A DNA stretch of 63,502 bases, counting the filler, from Vermamoeba vermiformis (lineage: Eukaryota): assembly GCA_045837725.1 (NCBI GenBank). It is 7 parts of 7 records of this genome, joined end to end, with 100 filler letters (N's around TTAATTAATTAA, not from the genome) between each part and the next. Parts side by side here need not be neighbours in the genome. Positions count along the whole stretch, not along the records: positions 4,794 to 13,175 come from JBEWZL010000085.1; positions 13,276 to 20,425 come from JBEWZL010000086.1; positions 20,526 to 24,327 come from JBEWZL010000092.1; 4 more parts are not named here. The stretch is one strand, 5' to 3'. The translations under genes and the position numbers were made by a program. Positions 11,415 through 22,738 of the stretch are shown piece after piece (the stretch's first letter is position 1; each line of letters opens with the position of its first letter). The notes beneath the pieces are model-generated. The model made no database searches and was not told the DNA's origin. It saw only the letters and a program-made list of their open reading frames with translations.

Positions 11415-12908
11415 ATGTCTTCTTCTACTCCTGCTAGGTCGCATGTGATTGCGAACCACGTTACATCTCTTCTTCAAGCTTTGTCTTCCAACGCTGACGA
11501 CGTCCAGGCTCTTAAGGAGACTCTAAATGGTGTTGTGAGCTGGAGCTCGTTGGAGAACTGGGCTGGTTCCGACTTACTTCGGGTCCGTTACCTGATGGCT
11601 TTGGCATTGGCCTTTTGTTTGGATAACAACGAGCAAGCTCTGAAGCGCAGCCCTACTTTGTCGGCAAGTGTTCTTCAGGAGTTGTACGATAAGGCTGTAA
11701 CCACTGAGGACGCAGAGCGTTTCGTACCTCACTTGACTCCCATCCTGGTCAGGATTAAAGAGCTGACGGAGCCTAAAGATGGTGGCAATGTAAATGGCAG
11801 CCAGGATATTCCTGAGCAAGTGCATTTGGACTTGGTGTCGCTGCAGCAACGTCTTAGCGGCAGATCGGAGGATTTTCGGCGTGAGTTCACTGACCTCCTA
11901 CGAGCGGTGGCTACTCCCACTAAACCAGCAACGAAGAAGCGTCGCCTTCTTGATGGGTCGTCTAAAGTGGTAGCGGTTTCTTCGGATGACGAGTCGGACG
12001 CAGAACTGGATGTGGTGGAGACCACGCATCAAGAACTGGCCAAGAATAAGGCTCTCAACTCTCGGGCCGACAAGCTGATGAACCAGGTCGAAGGGCTCTC
12101 TGCTAAGCAAGGTCGGGCCAACAACAGCAACCGGGGCAGAGTTTCGGGCGATGGCTCATCTACTTCGGGTTCTACATCCTCGAAGGATTCGTCGGGCAAG
12201 ACATCGGGGGAGGGCTTTAAGGAGAAATCCCCATCCTGGAGCATTGACCCAACTCTTGGTATGACGGAGAAGTCTCCCGCGGTATCGGCATCTCGATCTG
12301 CAAATGTGTTCCCGGCGAAGACCTTCTTGGTGGGAGAGACCGCTAAAGAAGTACGTGTGCGCTTGCCACGAGATTTTACGGAAGCGGCTCTGACTCGTAG
12401 ACCCGGAGCCAAGGAAAATGCCCTGCCTGCCGATCAGGTGGACTACCTTGGTGCGGCGATGCAGCTCGCTAAAATTCTGGAGAGGGAGTCAGATAATTTC
12501 GACGCTACAGTCTACTTCGATTATGTGTCTTGGATGGTTCGTTTTTCTAAGACTTACGAGTGGGCGGATATCATGCTCTTCGATGAGTGGTTCCGTAAAC
12601 ACGTAGCGATTGGCTGGTTGTCGGGTTGGAACGACCGCTCACCACTGGTGATGGGCGAGTTGATGGTGTCGTGCAAGCCCAAGATTCGCACAGCGCCTCC
12701 TCCAGCTCCAGCTCGGAGCAGATCGTCTGCTCCGTTCAGACGCGGTTTTTGTTTGGACTGGAACGCGGGTCGTTGTTCCAGATCCAATTGCAAGTATCGC
12801 CATGCTTGTTCAGTGTGCGAGAGCGAGGATCATTCTGCCACTGGTTGCCCAAAAGGCAAGGCGAGCCAGACGGGTTCTTCGGGCGCGTCTGGGGCTCGCA
12901 GGAATTAG
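11415..12908 (+). CDS. Gag-like ORF1 of a DIRS/Ngaro-type retrotransposon
   Basis: Intronless and GC-richer than flanks. YVSWMVRFSKTYEWADIMLFDEWFRK..W motif and C-terminal CCCH + CCHC fingers (CLDWNAGRCSRSNCKYRHACSVCESEDHSATGC). ATG at 11415. Confidence 0.8.
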   Translation: MSSSTPARSHVIANHVTSLLQALSSNADDVQALKETLNGVVSWSSLENWAGSDLLRVRYLMALALAFCLDNNEQALKRSPTLSASVLQELYDKAVTTEDAERFVPHLTPILVRIKELTEPKDGGNVNGSQDIPEQVHLDLVSLQQRLSGRSEDFRREFTDLLRAVATPTKPATKKRRLLDGSSKVVAVSSDDESDAELDVVETTHQELAKNKALNSRADKLMNQVEGLSAKQGRANNSNRGRVSGDGSSTSGSTSSKDSSGKTSGEGFKEKSPSWSIDPTLGMTEKSPAVSASRSANVFPAKTFLVGETAKEVRVRLPRDFTEAALTRRPGAKENALPADQVDYLGAAMQLAKILERESDNFDATVYFDYVSWMVRFSKTYEWADIMLFDEWFRKHVAIGWLSGWNDRSPLVMGELMVSCKPKIRTAPPPAPARSRSSAPFRRGFCLDWNAGRCSRSNCKYRHACSVCESEDHSATGCPKGKASQTGSSGASGARRN

Positions 12909-13175
12909 TCTTCGCCCGATATAGCGCTGTCACCAGGCGCTTTAATATTTGGTGTAAGTACCTGCTGAACGACCCTGATGCAGGGTTCTTAACGGAGATC
13001 TTCGCACCAGGGGGTGGTCTTCGTTTGATTGAGGACGGTGTTGTCGTTCGCCCGTCCTCGGTGGCTAATTATCCCCTTCCTCCGGAGTGTTGGTCTACCT
13101 TTAATAGTGACATCATGTTAGAGGCGAAGCTTGGTTTTATCGCGCCGGTGATCTCCATACCTCGCAAGATCAATG
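12626..13175 (+). CDS. N-terminus of overlapping ORF2 (reverse transcriptase) of the DIRS/Ngaro element, truncated by contig end
   Basis: Overlaps the gag 3' end in another frame. WCKYLLNDPDAGFL...G and DIMLEAKLGFIAP resemble the pre-RT region of YR retrotransposons; RT core not present in the window. Confidence 0.6.
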
Positions 13176-13275
13176 NNNNNNNNNNNNNNNNNNNNNNNNN
13201 NNNNNNNNNNNNNNNNNNNTTAATTAATTAANNNNNNNNNNNNNNNNNNNNNNNNNNNNNNNNNNNNNNNNNNNN
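13176..13275. other. Artificial contig linker
   Basis: N run with TTAATTAATTAA. Confidence 0.98.
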
Positions 13276-13951
13276 CAGTTCGCCAACAACAACACGACGG
13301 ACGTTTGGGCCCTTGTGTTGTGTTGACTACGCGAAGTATTTAAAATGAAACAAACGCGGAAAATAATTTCTGACACAAGCACGTGGCGGTCACGTGTTTT
13401 TCTAAAATTAGATCGGAGATTAAAATTTGCTTTCACACGAACAAATTGCAGTGACAAGCACAAGGTAAGTGCTATTATAGTCCGCTAAATTGTGGACGCG
13501 TTCGCCCATTCGTGAACGTTAATTGTTTCCGTTTTAAAACGGATTTTAATCCGCTCACCCGTGGATTAAAATTTAGTGGCGCCATTCTCATTCGAATGCT
13601 CACTAAAAAATTAAAATATTACTTTTGTTTTAATGGAAAGAGTAGAGTACCGTTTAAACAAAAAATTGTAGCGTAATAACGAGCTGATCGGTAACGTAAG
13701 TACACATTGGAGTTAGAATTTTGTTAATTGCAATTACGATCTGCAGTACGAAATTCCTATTGTTTGATGATCGCGTTAATTTAAATATTTAAAATATTAA
13801 TAAATTAGTTACAATTAATTGGCAATTTGGAGTTCTCCCGGCGCGTCATTAAATCGATATGATAATTGTTATTAGTTAAATTAATAGTAAATATAAAGCC
13901 ATTATATTAACAAAATTTTTATTTAGGCCTGGTGGCAGACGAATTGGTAGA

Positions 13952-15320
13952 ATGCTCGAGTACACGGACTGCGTTTCTTTGCAACAATGGCTCGAGAAGT
14001 CGATAAAATCAGAAGAATTTTGCGAAATTAAACCTGCCCTTGTACAGCAACTAAAATTAACTGTACAAACTGTACGCGGTAATAAAAACATTTAAAGTCA
14101 GCTTAATTGACAATTCCTAGGTAAAAACACGCGGGAGAGAGCTTGGTATCATATTCAATGAGGGATGGGCATTGCGATTGTGTATTTCCAAGGGCAGTTA
14201 TATGGTTTTTGCTGCTCATGACAGTGTGGCACCGGCTGTAGTAGAGCAAGCCCCTTTAGCAATGAAAACGGTTACTGGCAACTCTCTATTGTTGGTGGAT
14301 GAAGGGGTTGGCAGATCTGTGGTGGTCTTTCAGCCTGAACTGGCGTGGGATGCTTACGGCCCTGACATTCTCTTAGAATCAGCTCTGTTCACCGCGAACC
14401 TCACAACTGTCTTGTCAACTCAGAGTGATTACTTGCGACAAATCACTTTGTTTGAGGCTCTGCTTGATCCTTACTTATTTAATGGTTTTGGTCCGTTGCT
14501 CGTCAATGAGATTCTTCAACGGCTATATTATTATTTTGGTAATCTCCAGATTTGCAGTAAACAAAAGACTCATATCTTTACAGAAATACGTCCATTCATC
14601 AATGCTCGACAATTTTTAAAGCACGACCACAACCGCAACCTTCTTCAACGCATGAGCACTGAATTTATTGGCCAGTTTTTACATATGTCATCGTTGGCAC
14701 TGAACTGTGTCAATTTCATGGACTTTGGATGGCTTGAATTAAGATCTGTGTTACTGTTTTCATTTCGGCAACAAGCTTGTCGCGAAACAACTGTAAGCTG
14801 GTACAGTGTTACTTTGGTCTCTCAACGAGAAGAAATTTGTTATTCAACATGTGAGTCTGTTGATTTGCCGCAAAATTGGAGCAAAATGGACGCAGTTCTC
14901 CAAGGGCCAGGGCTATCTCATTACTTTACTTGGCAAAGGGTTAGTATGATGTTCATCCTGTAGCTTTGCTAATTGTACCAGCTGGAGGCAAGCAATTCCA
15001 AAAGAAAGGGATTACCAACTACTGAGACACGCGTCAAAAAGCCGCGCAATCACCAGTCTGCTGCTCCAAAGAGAGAAACTGAAGATGTTGATACAATGTT
15101 TGTTCCGTATTGTGATGTTCTTTGCAAGTATGTGTTATAATCCAATTCTTTTCAATTTCTAATGTTTAATAGTGTTACTTTTCCTGATTATTCTGACGAC
15201 TGCACTGAAAGCGAAGATGAGAGCGCAGCCAATGACAAAGAGATTGCAAGGTTAAAACGTAGATTTAACAAAAAGTGTCGTAGGATCGCCAACAAATTCA
15301 AACATAAAATAAAACTATAA
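13952..15320 (+). CDS. Divergent Fpg/Nei (NEIL-like) DNA glycosylase-family protein lacking catalytic Pro2
   Basis: N-terminus MLEYTD (vs MPE..E); TRGRELGIIF (vs RRGKxL); YGPDIL (vs LGPD); H2TH LFEALLDPYLFNGFGPLLVNEIL. Introns: (14042 or 14072)-14120, 14940-14981, 15129-15172. Basic C-terminal tail, stop at 15320. Confidence 0.7.
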
Positions 15321-15364
15321 CTCTTCACTCAATTATTGCACTGATGTATTAACCTTTGAGGCAA

Positions 15365-16165
15365 TGCCTTGAAGGTAACAACCTACCTAACTTCGGACAT
15401 CGTCGCCTTGAAGGTAACGACCTCCCTGACTTTGGACGTTGTCGCCTTGAGGGTAACGAGCTCCAACGTTGTCGCCTTGAAGGTAACGACCTCCCACGTT
15501 GTCGCCTTGAAGGTAACGACCGTCCTGACGTTGGACGTTGTCGCCTTGAGGGTAATGACCTTTCTAACTTCTGACATCGTTGCCTTGAAGGTAACAACCT
15601 CTGACGTTGGACGTTGTTGCCTTGAAGGTAACAACCTCCAACGTCGTCGCCTTGAAGGTAACGACCTACCTGACTTTGGACGTTGTCGCCTTGAGGGTAA
15701 CGACCTACCCAACTTTGGACGTTGTCGCCTTGAAGGTAATGACCTCTCATGTTGTCGCCTTGAAGGTAACGACCTCCCTGACTTTGGACGTCGTCGCCTT
15801 GAAGGTAACGACCTACCTGACTTTGGACGTTGTCGCCTTGAGGGTAACGACCTACCCAACTTTGGACGTTGTCGCCTTGAAGGTAACAACCTACCCAACT
15901 TTGGACGTTGTCGCCTTGAGGGTAACAACCTCTCACGTTGTCGCCTTGAAGGTAACGACCTCCCATGTTGTCGCCTTAAAGGTAACGACCTCCCATGTTG
16001 TCGCCTTGAAGGTAACGACCTCCCTGACTTTGGACGTCGTCGCCTTGAAGGTAACGACCTACCCAACTTTGGACGTTGTCGCCTTGAGGGTAACGACCTA
16101 CCCAACTTTGGATGTTGTCGCCTTGAAGGTAACGACCTCCCACGTTGTTGCCTTGAAGGTAACGC
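15365..16165. repeat. Tandem array of ~23 copies of a 22-nt palindromic core GTCGCCTTGAAGGTAACGACCT with mostly 8- or 17-nt linkers (30/39-bp units)
   Basis: Counted by eye. Linkers are recurrent (cccacgtt/ccaacgtt; acctgactttggacgtt/acccaactttggacgtt), not unique. Confidence 0.95.
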
Positions 16166-16261
16166 CTCTGGCGTTGTCCAGAGGATATTTCATGCATTGG
16201 CTGTTCGACTTAGTATTTTTTCCATAACCCAAACATCCGTCAACCCCAAGTATATATAAAA

Positions 16262-16550
16262 TAACCACGACGCTAACAATTAGCGTACGCGTGAAACAGG
16301 CATTTTCATCATGTTTCAACACATTTAAAGCACACGTTACCAGTGAATCAGCATTGATACTTCAACAACGAAATCTCATCTTTGATTCTCATTATAGCCA
16401 TGACGCTTGAAAAGCGTACACGTAACATTAAGACAGCACTTTGATTCCCATTATAACCATGACGCTCACATAGAGCGTACGCGTAGAAACAGGACATTCT
16501 TCATGTTTCTGCGTATTTAAAGCACGCGTGCGAGTAACTAGCATTGATAC
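16262..16550. repeat. ~98-bp imperfect direct repeat (plus a partial copy)
   Basis: taacca.gacgct.aca...agcgtacgcgt.gaaacagg...tcatgtttc....atttaaagcac.cgt...agcattgatac at 16262 and 16454. Confidence 0.8.
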
Positions 16551-16743
16551 CATACCAGTGATGAAGCATGATATCCTTCATGCTTCTATTGACTTAAAGC
16601 ATTCGTGTACCAATTAACTAACACTTATCCCATCTTCACAATGAAATTTCATTTTCATTTCTCCTCTTTTCTTCTTTCATTCTATTATGGAACGACGCTG
16701 AATGTCGTTTGGCACGTGTGTATTTACAATAAAAAATGAATCT

Positions 16744-17221
16744 AAATAAACAAATCGACCCTTGTGGCCGACCTGTTGCGAATCTTGGATTCGCGCTGTC
16801 AATCCTCGAAATAACTCGCGCTGTACGGCCGTCGCGGCCGTGGCGCATGACTATCTGCTGTTAATAAGCCATGATAAATAAATATAACGACCTTTGTGGT
16901 CGTTCTGTTGAATTACTGACGCGAAATAGCCCGTGCGCCATTTTCGCATCAGTTCTGATCTTCGAAATAACTCGCGCTGAACGGCTCTGATACCGCGGCG
17001 CGTTACTATCAGCTGTACATGACTATAATAATGATAGAAAATAAATAACTCGACCCTTGTGGTCGATCTGTCAAAGTTCTTTAAAAATACCTTTTCAGAT
17101 GATGCGTGCGATTTTGACAACTCGAAATAACCCGCGCTGTAACGACTTTGGTGTCGTGGCGCGTAACTGCCCTATGTAATAATCGATAAATAAATGCTTA
17201 ATCAACCGTTTTGGTCGATCT
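16744..17221. repeat. ~150-bp unit repeated ~3.5 times with CGACC-N-GGTCG hairpins
   Basis: AAATAAA..CGACC(C/T)TTGTGG(T/C)CG at ~16744, 16874, 17039, 17186 (last degenerate) and CGAAATAAC(T/C)CGCGCTG at ~16807, 16963, 17123. Confidence 0.8.
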
Positions 17222-18479
17222 CCTCGGTTAAAAGTAAACTTACCTGCTCGATCCGTTGACGTATTTCTAAATCTCGTTAGAATCGAACCTGTAGCGATAA
17301 ATTAAATCAGTACTATTGAAATTAATTACCAATAGACCGCGAGTAACGAGAATCTCGGTAATCTCGCGGATTTAAGAATTGATCAGCGTTCGAATCTGAC
17401 CTCGAACGCATCCAATAAATAAAATTTTGCTAATATTGTTATTATTACATACCATGAATCATGCAATAGCCATTAATTGTTCATAAATCTTCCTTGATCC
17501 GTCATTTCGAGTCGACGGATCGGCGCGACGATTTCTAGCTTTCTCTGCCACCGAGAATTTTGGCATTAATTTCGCGCGTTGTTTCTCGGCGGTCTGAATC
17601 CAAAATAATTAACAATAATTAATTGAGAGGTCTGGATCAAAATTAAAAGATCCAGGGGCCCGTTGGCTCCCTCTGATCCCCGCGCTATTTATCGCTTACC
17701 TTGTCGTATTAACAAAAAAATAATATAGCCATATTAGCTCATTGTTTGAGCTATTGTTTCGCATCAATGCAAAATTGAACACTGTTCGTTCAAGACAGTA
17801 CTGTTCAATTTCGTTCCATTTTTTGCCAGTAAATTCGGGGCGCCAAATTTTCCGGTTTTCCAGTCATTAGGCGCCCCCCAGTGCTCCCCTAACCCTAAAA
17901 GAGGCTTTTTATTTTTCGCCACGCCTGGATTCGAACCTGCGCCTTTCAAGGTTTTACAAGAGTTTGGCACTATTTCCCGATTCAGAGTCTGTCAGGAGCC
18001 CAATTGGCCTGGTATCCTGATTCGCAACGGATCGGGGTCAGGATTTTTCTTCCTGATTGGCACCCAATCGGGATGTTTTCAAATTTTGACCAATGCCATT
18101 AACTTTTTTCTGCGTTTTTCATGAAATTTACAGGCTTTTTGTTTTTACATCGTTTTTGCTGGAAAATGCAAGTTTTTAAATATTGCCCCTTTTCGACAAA
18201 AACACCTATTCCTATATCCCTAACTCCTAGGAAACAGTAATATGTCAGTATTAAATTGGCGATACTTACAGCAGTGTGAGTGCTTTGGTAAATCTTAGCT
18301 TCTCTTCCATTGTGCTTAGTTAACTTGACTGCTTTATTTGGTAACATGACTTTGCCAAGTAAGTAATTTTGTTAAACATTGCATTTATTTACTCGTAAAA
18401 TTTATTAATGCCAATGATTCAGGCATTAGTTAATTTATATTTTTCTTATTTAAAATCTTCATCATCGTCTGGGAAATTT

Positions 18480-19340
18480 TTAGCTAATTTTTTGTAAATT
18501 GATTCGACTGAATCTTGTGGAGTTTGAGCTTGCTGTATCATTGTTCGTTAACGTTTCAGTGTCAGGCTTGACGCTTTCGGGCTCACTTTCACTTTGTGTT
18601 GGTTCTTTGGTTTCCTCTTTGGGTGTTGGACCGGCTAGCTTGCCTTTCTCTGGCTCATAGGAATCAACATCAATTATCTCGGGACAACTTTGCTTCAAAG
18701 TATACGCTTGTTTTTGATTTTGGCCCTCCAATTGCACTTGTGCATTGTTATTTGGCTTGGGTTCATGCATGTGCAGCTCTTGGGCAGGTTCTTTGTCAGT
18801 TATCTTTTGAACTTGCTTCTCTTCAACAGGAATATCGGCTTAACACCTCTTTCGAATCCGGCGACAAGCTTTGATCGCCATTATTTTCTTGTCTTGCTTT
18901 AGCTTTGTTATTAGTTTCATGAATGTATTGAATTGCAGCAATCTTATCACCCTGCTTCTCAGTACGTTCTATTTTAAAGTAGCTATTGTTACCACTTTAA
19001 TCTCGACTAACGATATTCTGTCCAGGCTGAAGCACTAGAAAGTCTAATCGGCCAACTCTTTTTCCACCTGGTCTTGTCAACCATTGCTTGATGATTGCAT
19101 TGGCTTGTTCGAGAGTGTAAAATACAGTTGGACTTGTGGCACCAAGCTCTTTTGAACGCTCCAAGAAAACGTTATTGAATGGATAAGTTCCGATGGAAGC
19201 GTTTGGAGCGTACAAAGACAACTTTGAGCAGAACAAGTTTTTGCTCAACAAGCCAGCAATGCCTCCAAGCCATTGCTCCGAAAAATCATCAGTTTGTGCA
19301 TAGAAATGACTGTGCTTATCAGAACAATGGCACAGGTATT
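18480..19340 (-). pseudogene. Interrupted ORF of unknown function
   Basis: Coding-like ORF pieces 18997-19251 and 18480-18770 separated by stops; no recognisable domain. Confidence 0.3.
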
Positions 19341-19479
19341 TTCTTCGTTAATAGTTAGACAATTCAAATTGCTTATTAACACGTACCTTTCCATCTTGTT
19401 GTTACTTAATCAATAATAACAAATTTGAATATATTTAAACAAGGAAATTTTATTTTTAGTTCATTTCGAATTAACATTA

Positions 19480-20425
19480 GTTTCTCCAGGCAGGGATTTC
19501 GAGTGAATTGCAGCCATTTTCACCTCCAGGGGATCCAGTCAACCCATAGTACAAACATATTTTGCTTTGTTATTATAGCTAAATCATTTATTTGAAGTAT
19601 CTTCTTTACAACTATTTATTACAGTCTTCATCTAATAGGTAGATCTGTGAATCAATGTCTAGTCTCACAAAACTAAAGATCACACCACAAGTGCCTATGT
19701 CAAAGGAATCTACTATTCTCCCACATATCACTTCTCAATAGTGCCTTGTATTGAAACTTGCTGCAACTTAGGGAAGGCAATGAAGGTGTTTTGCAGAATG
19801 ATTGGATAAATTTCAAGATGTACACTCCATTATTGTTGCCTTACTGCCACCAACTCTAATTCAAAATGAAAGGGATTTTGTTCTCTCTTTAAAGATCTAT
19901 TTAGGTAGCTAGGCAATTAGTTATTGACATACTGTTGCTATCATTTTTACCTGGCAAGGTTGTTACAAAGTTGTTCATAATGCCCTACTTTGGTTGTTAG
20001 TGAGTCTGCTAGCACCAAATTCGCTTTCTGCTGTTCCAAGTTTACCAGTTGGGAGGCACTTACCAACTGATTAATCAAATTCAAGATCTATTGCTGGACT
20101 CTAGACAGATTTTAGGCCACCCTTGTGATCTAAGCTTGCTAGGTAAGTATTTTTTTGGAAAACTTCTTGCTAACAAGTTATTCAGTTATTAGTCCACCTG
20201 GACTCCAACCAACTTTAGACTGAAGCCAAAAAGCTTAACAATAATTTGGCTGGGATGCAATTGTGGACACTAACTGCAAAATGCTCAACATGGTTAAACT
20301 AATGTATAGCACCACTTGGTTGGAATCATTCTAAAGTCTTGTCCAGTTTCACAAGTTATCAAAGAAAGAGCAACTGATAATTTGGTCATAAATTGGCCAA
20401 CAGTCCTTTGAAATCATGGAGTGGA
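19480..20425 (+). pseudogene. CpG-depleted decayed gene
   Basis: Canonical intron GTAAGT...CTAAC...TTCAG at 20143-20185. Downstream frame broken by several TAA/TGA; only one CG seen in 19502-20425. Confidence 0.4.
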
Positions 20426-20525
20426 NNNNNNNNNNNNNNNNNNNNNNNNNNNNNNNNNNNNNNNNNNNNTTAATTAATTAANNNNNNNNNNNNNNNNNNN
20501 NNNNNNNNNNNNNNNNNNNNNNNNN
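20426..20525. other. Artificial contig linker
   Basis: N run with TTAATTAATTAA. Confidence 0.98.
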
Positions 20526-22414
20526 TGGTCGCCCACTGGCGTAAAGAAGAAGAAACTTCACGTTAGCTGGTCGGAACTCAAGCAAGTCAACGGCAGTTAC
20601 ACTTTATCCAACGAGGGGAAGTCGAAGACCTGAAGCTTGTTGACAGCGAGGAACAACAAGTCAGTTTGTACAATGACGACTATTGGAACGGTACGCGTAT
20701 TATTTTTATCGTTTCAGGCACAAACTAACGAATATGTATGTTACAGAGGCTGTCTTGTCTCCTAATAAGATTGCCAAGACTATTTTGAACAACAACTCCG
20801 TGACCAAGGAAACTTTGGATCTGTTGTTGACTAACGTTCCCGGGAACAGTACGTTAATTACAACCCTAGTCGTAAAGTCTAATCATGTTATCAGACAATT
20901 GAGCGACAACGTGTTCTTCGCTGTTCGTGCTGGTACCACAAGGTGCTGGTCACGTGATCGAGAACTTGGCCAAGAAGGGTGGCTTTGGGTTCAACTCCTT
21001 GCACTACCAAGTACGTTACAACCGCTTAGACACACCTATTATAAGATATTAACTCACTATAAAATGTAGGTTCTTCTCTTCGAGAACGAAGAGCTTGAAA
21101 AGTTCCGTGCAGTCAGCGTGACCAAGAAGCCTTACGCGAACAAGATTATCGCTCCTCTTCACACTGCTGCCAATCCTAAGTACCTCAAGGCCTTGTTGGG
21201 CGTTGTTCCCGAGTACTATTACCCTGATGAAGAGCGTAGAAGACCAAAGGGCGTTGCTGAATTGGATGTAAGTTCTTGAGAATTCCTCTCGGCTCTTCTA
21301 ACATACGACATAGGGTGCTCCTGCTCAAGGCAATGTTGTCAAGCAAATGGTAGAACAAAGTGACAAGTTCGGTGGTTGGAACTCCATTCACACTGCTTGC
21401 TGGTATGGCGAAACTAAGGTGTCGAAGTACCACATTAATACCGCTCAACCTAACATCGATATCCTCGTATGTACCAAGCTGCAAAGAACGGTTACCTCAA
21501 GATCGTCTGTCAAGCACAATGTGCGCGACTTGTTAGAGCCTTTCGCTTTGTCTGTTGCTCCTGCTTCTGCTCTGCCTGGTACGAATCGTAATATTACCTA
21601 AATAGAAGCTTAAATAATCTTTATTTTAGACTCGATCAAGTCCACTATGACTGTCTTAGCAACTTGAAGCGATACAAGCAAGCTGTTCGATCGATCGGTA
21701 TCGACATGGATGTGATGCCGTTGAACAGATTGACCAAGGACGCGTTGTTCAAAGCACGTGACATCTTGCTGGCGATCAAGGAGAAGATTGACGAGTTGTC
21801 GCAATTGCAACAGAAGGGCGTGGTCAATCAAGACACCGCCACGACCATTCACGAACGCATCGCAGTGCTCACTAACGAGTTCTACGAGTTGATTCCTCAC
21901 ACTGCCTATTCGAACGGCCGCATTGAATCGGTCAGAGAAGAACGTTCAGTGAAAGTCAAGTTGAACATTATCAACAACTTGATCGACCTTGAAGCCGCTT
22001 CAAAGATCTTCTTGGGTGCACTATCGCAGCAACAAAAGACCTCCTGAAGCTGAAGGCACTGGTGCTTTGTTCGGACGCGGCATTGACTTCGCAGACACTT
22101 TCTCTAAGAGCTATAACTACACTCTGAGGACGGCTATGGTAAGGACTTGCCTAATTAGAAATATCGTTACAAAGCATCTTATTCATTGTTTAAATAGGCT
22201 TTATGCTCTGCGAGGTCGCTCTTGGCAAGATGAAGCGATACGTTCAAGGACCTGAAGATAGAATTGGAAGCAGCCCTTGCCGGCTTTGACAGCGTTCAAG
22301 GTACGAGAACATATTGGAATTCTATTCTATATGCCTGAATGCTGATCTTATTATCGCCACCTCAGCGAATTCAACGAGTACGTGCGCTACTTGATCCAAC
22401 TCAAGCGCAAATAA
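20526..22414 (+). pseudogene. Ankyrin-repeat PARP (tankyrase-like) pseudogene with internal deletions
   Basis: Ankyrin-like GWNSIHTACWYG; PARP regulatory domain MPLNRLTK...LTNEFYELIPH; catalytic pieces PPEAEGTGALFGRGIDFADTFSKSYNY, MLCEVALG, EFNEYVRYLIQ. HGS segment missing, frames shift. Confidence 0.75.
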
Positions 22415-22738
22415 TTCTCTAGATTGAGGTTAGTTTTTACTCGTTAATCTTTTCATCATTCCACAGAATAACCAACCGATTGATTTAATAAATTCTGAAT
22501 TTTCCTTTTATGGCAAATGGCAAACCGAAATCGAGAATCTGCCAACCAAAGGTAAGCACTTATATTTGTTTGGGACACTTTCATCTCTCAAAAATATATT
22601 TAAAACGAGATTTTAAACGCGCTAAAAATAGATTAAAACTGAAAAGATCACATTAACTAACGAAAAAGACTTCAAAAACGATTCAGCTTTGTGTCAGTCG
22701 TTTTAGAATTCTATTTTGTACAAGAAACAACACGTAAA

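Larger units (their letters stand above)
11415..13175 (+). mobile_element. DIRS/Ngaro-like tyrosine-recombinase retrotransposon (5' portion)
   Basis: Gag with zinc fingers plus overlapping ORF2; termini not identifiable. Confidence 0.7.

Noticed and set aside
5159-13175. YR gene being the recombinase ORF of the DIRS element
   Set aside because: Opposite strand, upstream of gag, contains an intron and has very different CpG content.
15590-15640. GTCG/CGAC to GTTG/CAAC as compensatory covariation proving an RNA hairpin
   Set aside because: Equally explained by CpG deamination on each strand; other units carry only one of the two changes.
15365-16165. CRISPR array
   Set aside because: Spacers are only 8-17 nt and recurrent rather than unique, there are no cas genes, and the context is intron-containing eukaryotic DNA.
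15349-16259. Five or six long overlapping ORFs across the array
   Set aside because: By-product of 30/39-bp stop-poor units; the frame shifts at a 37-bp unit and there is no credible start.
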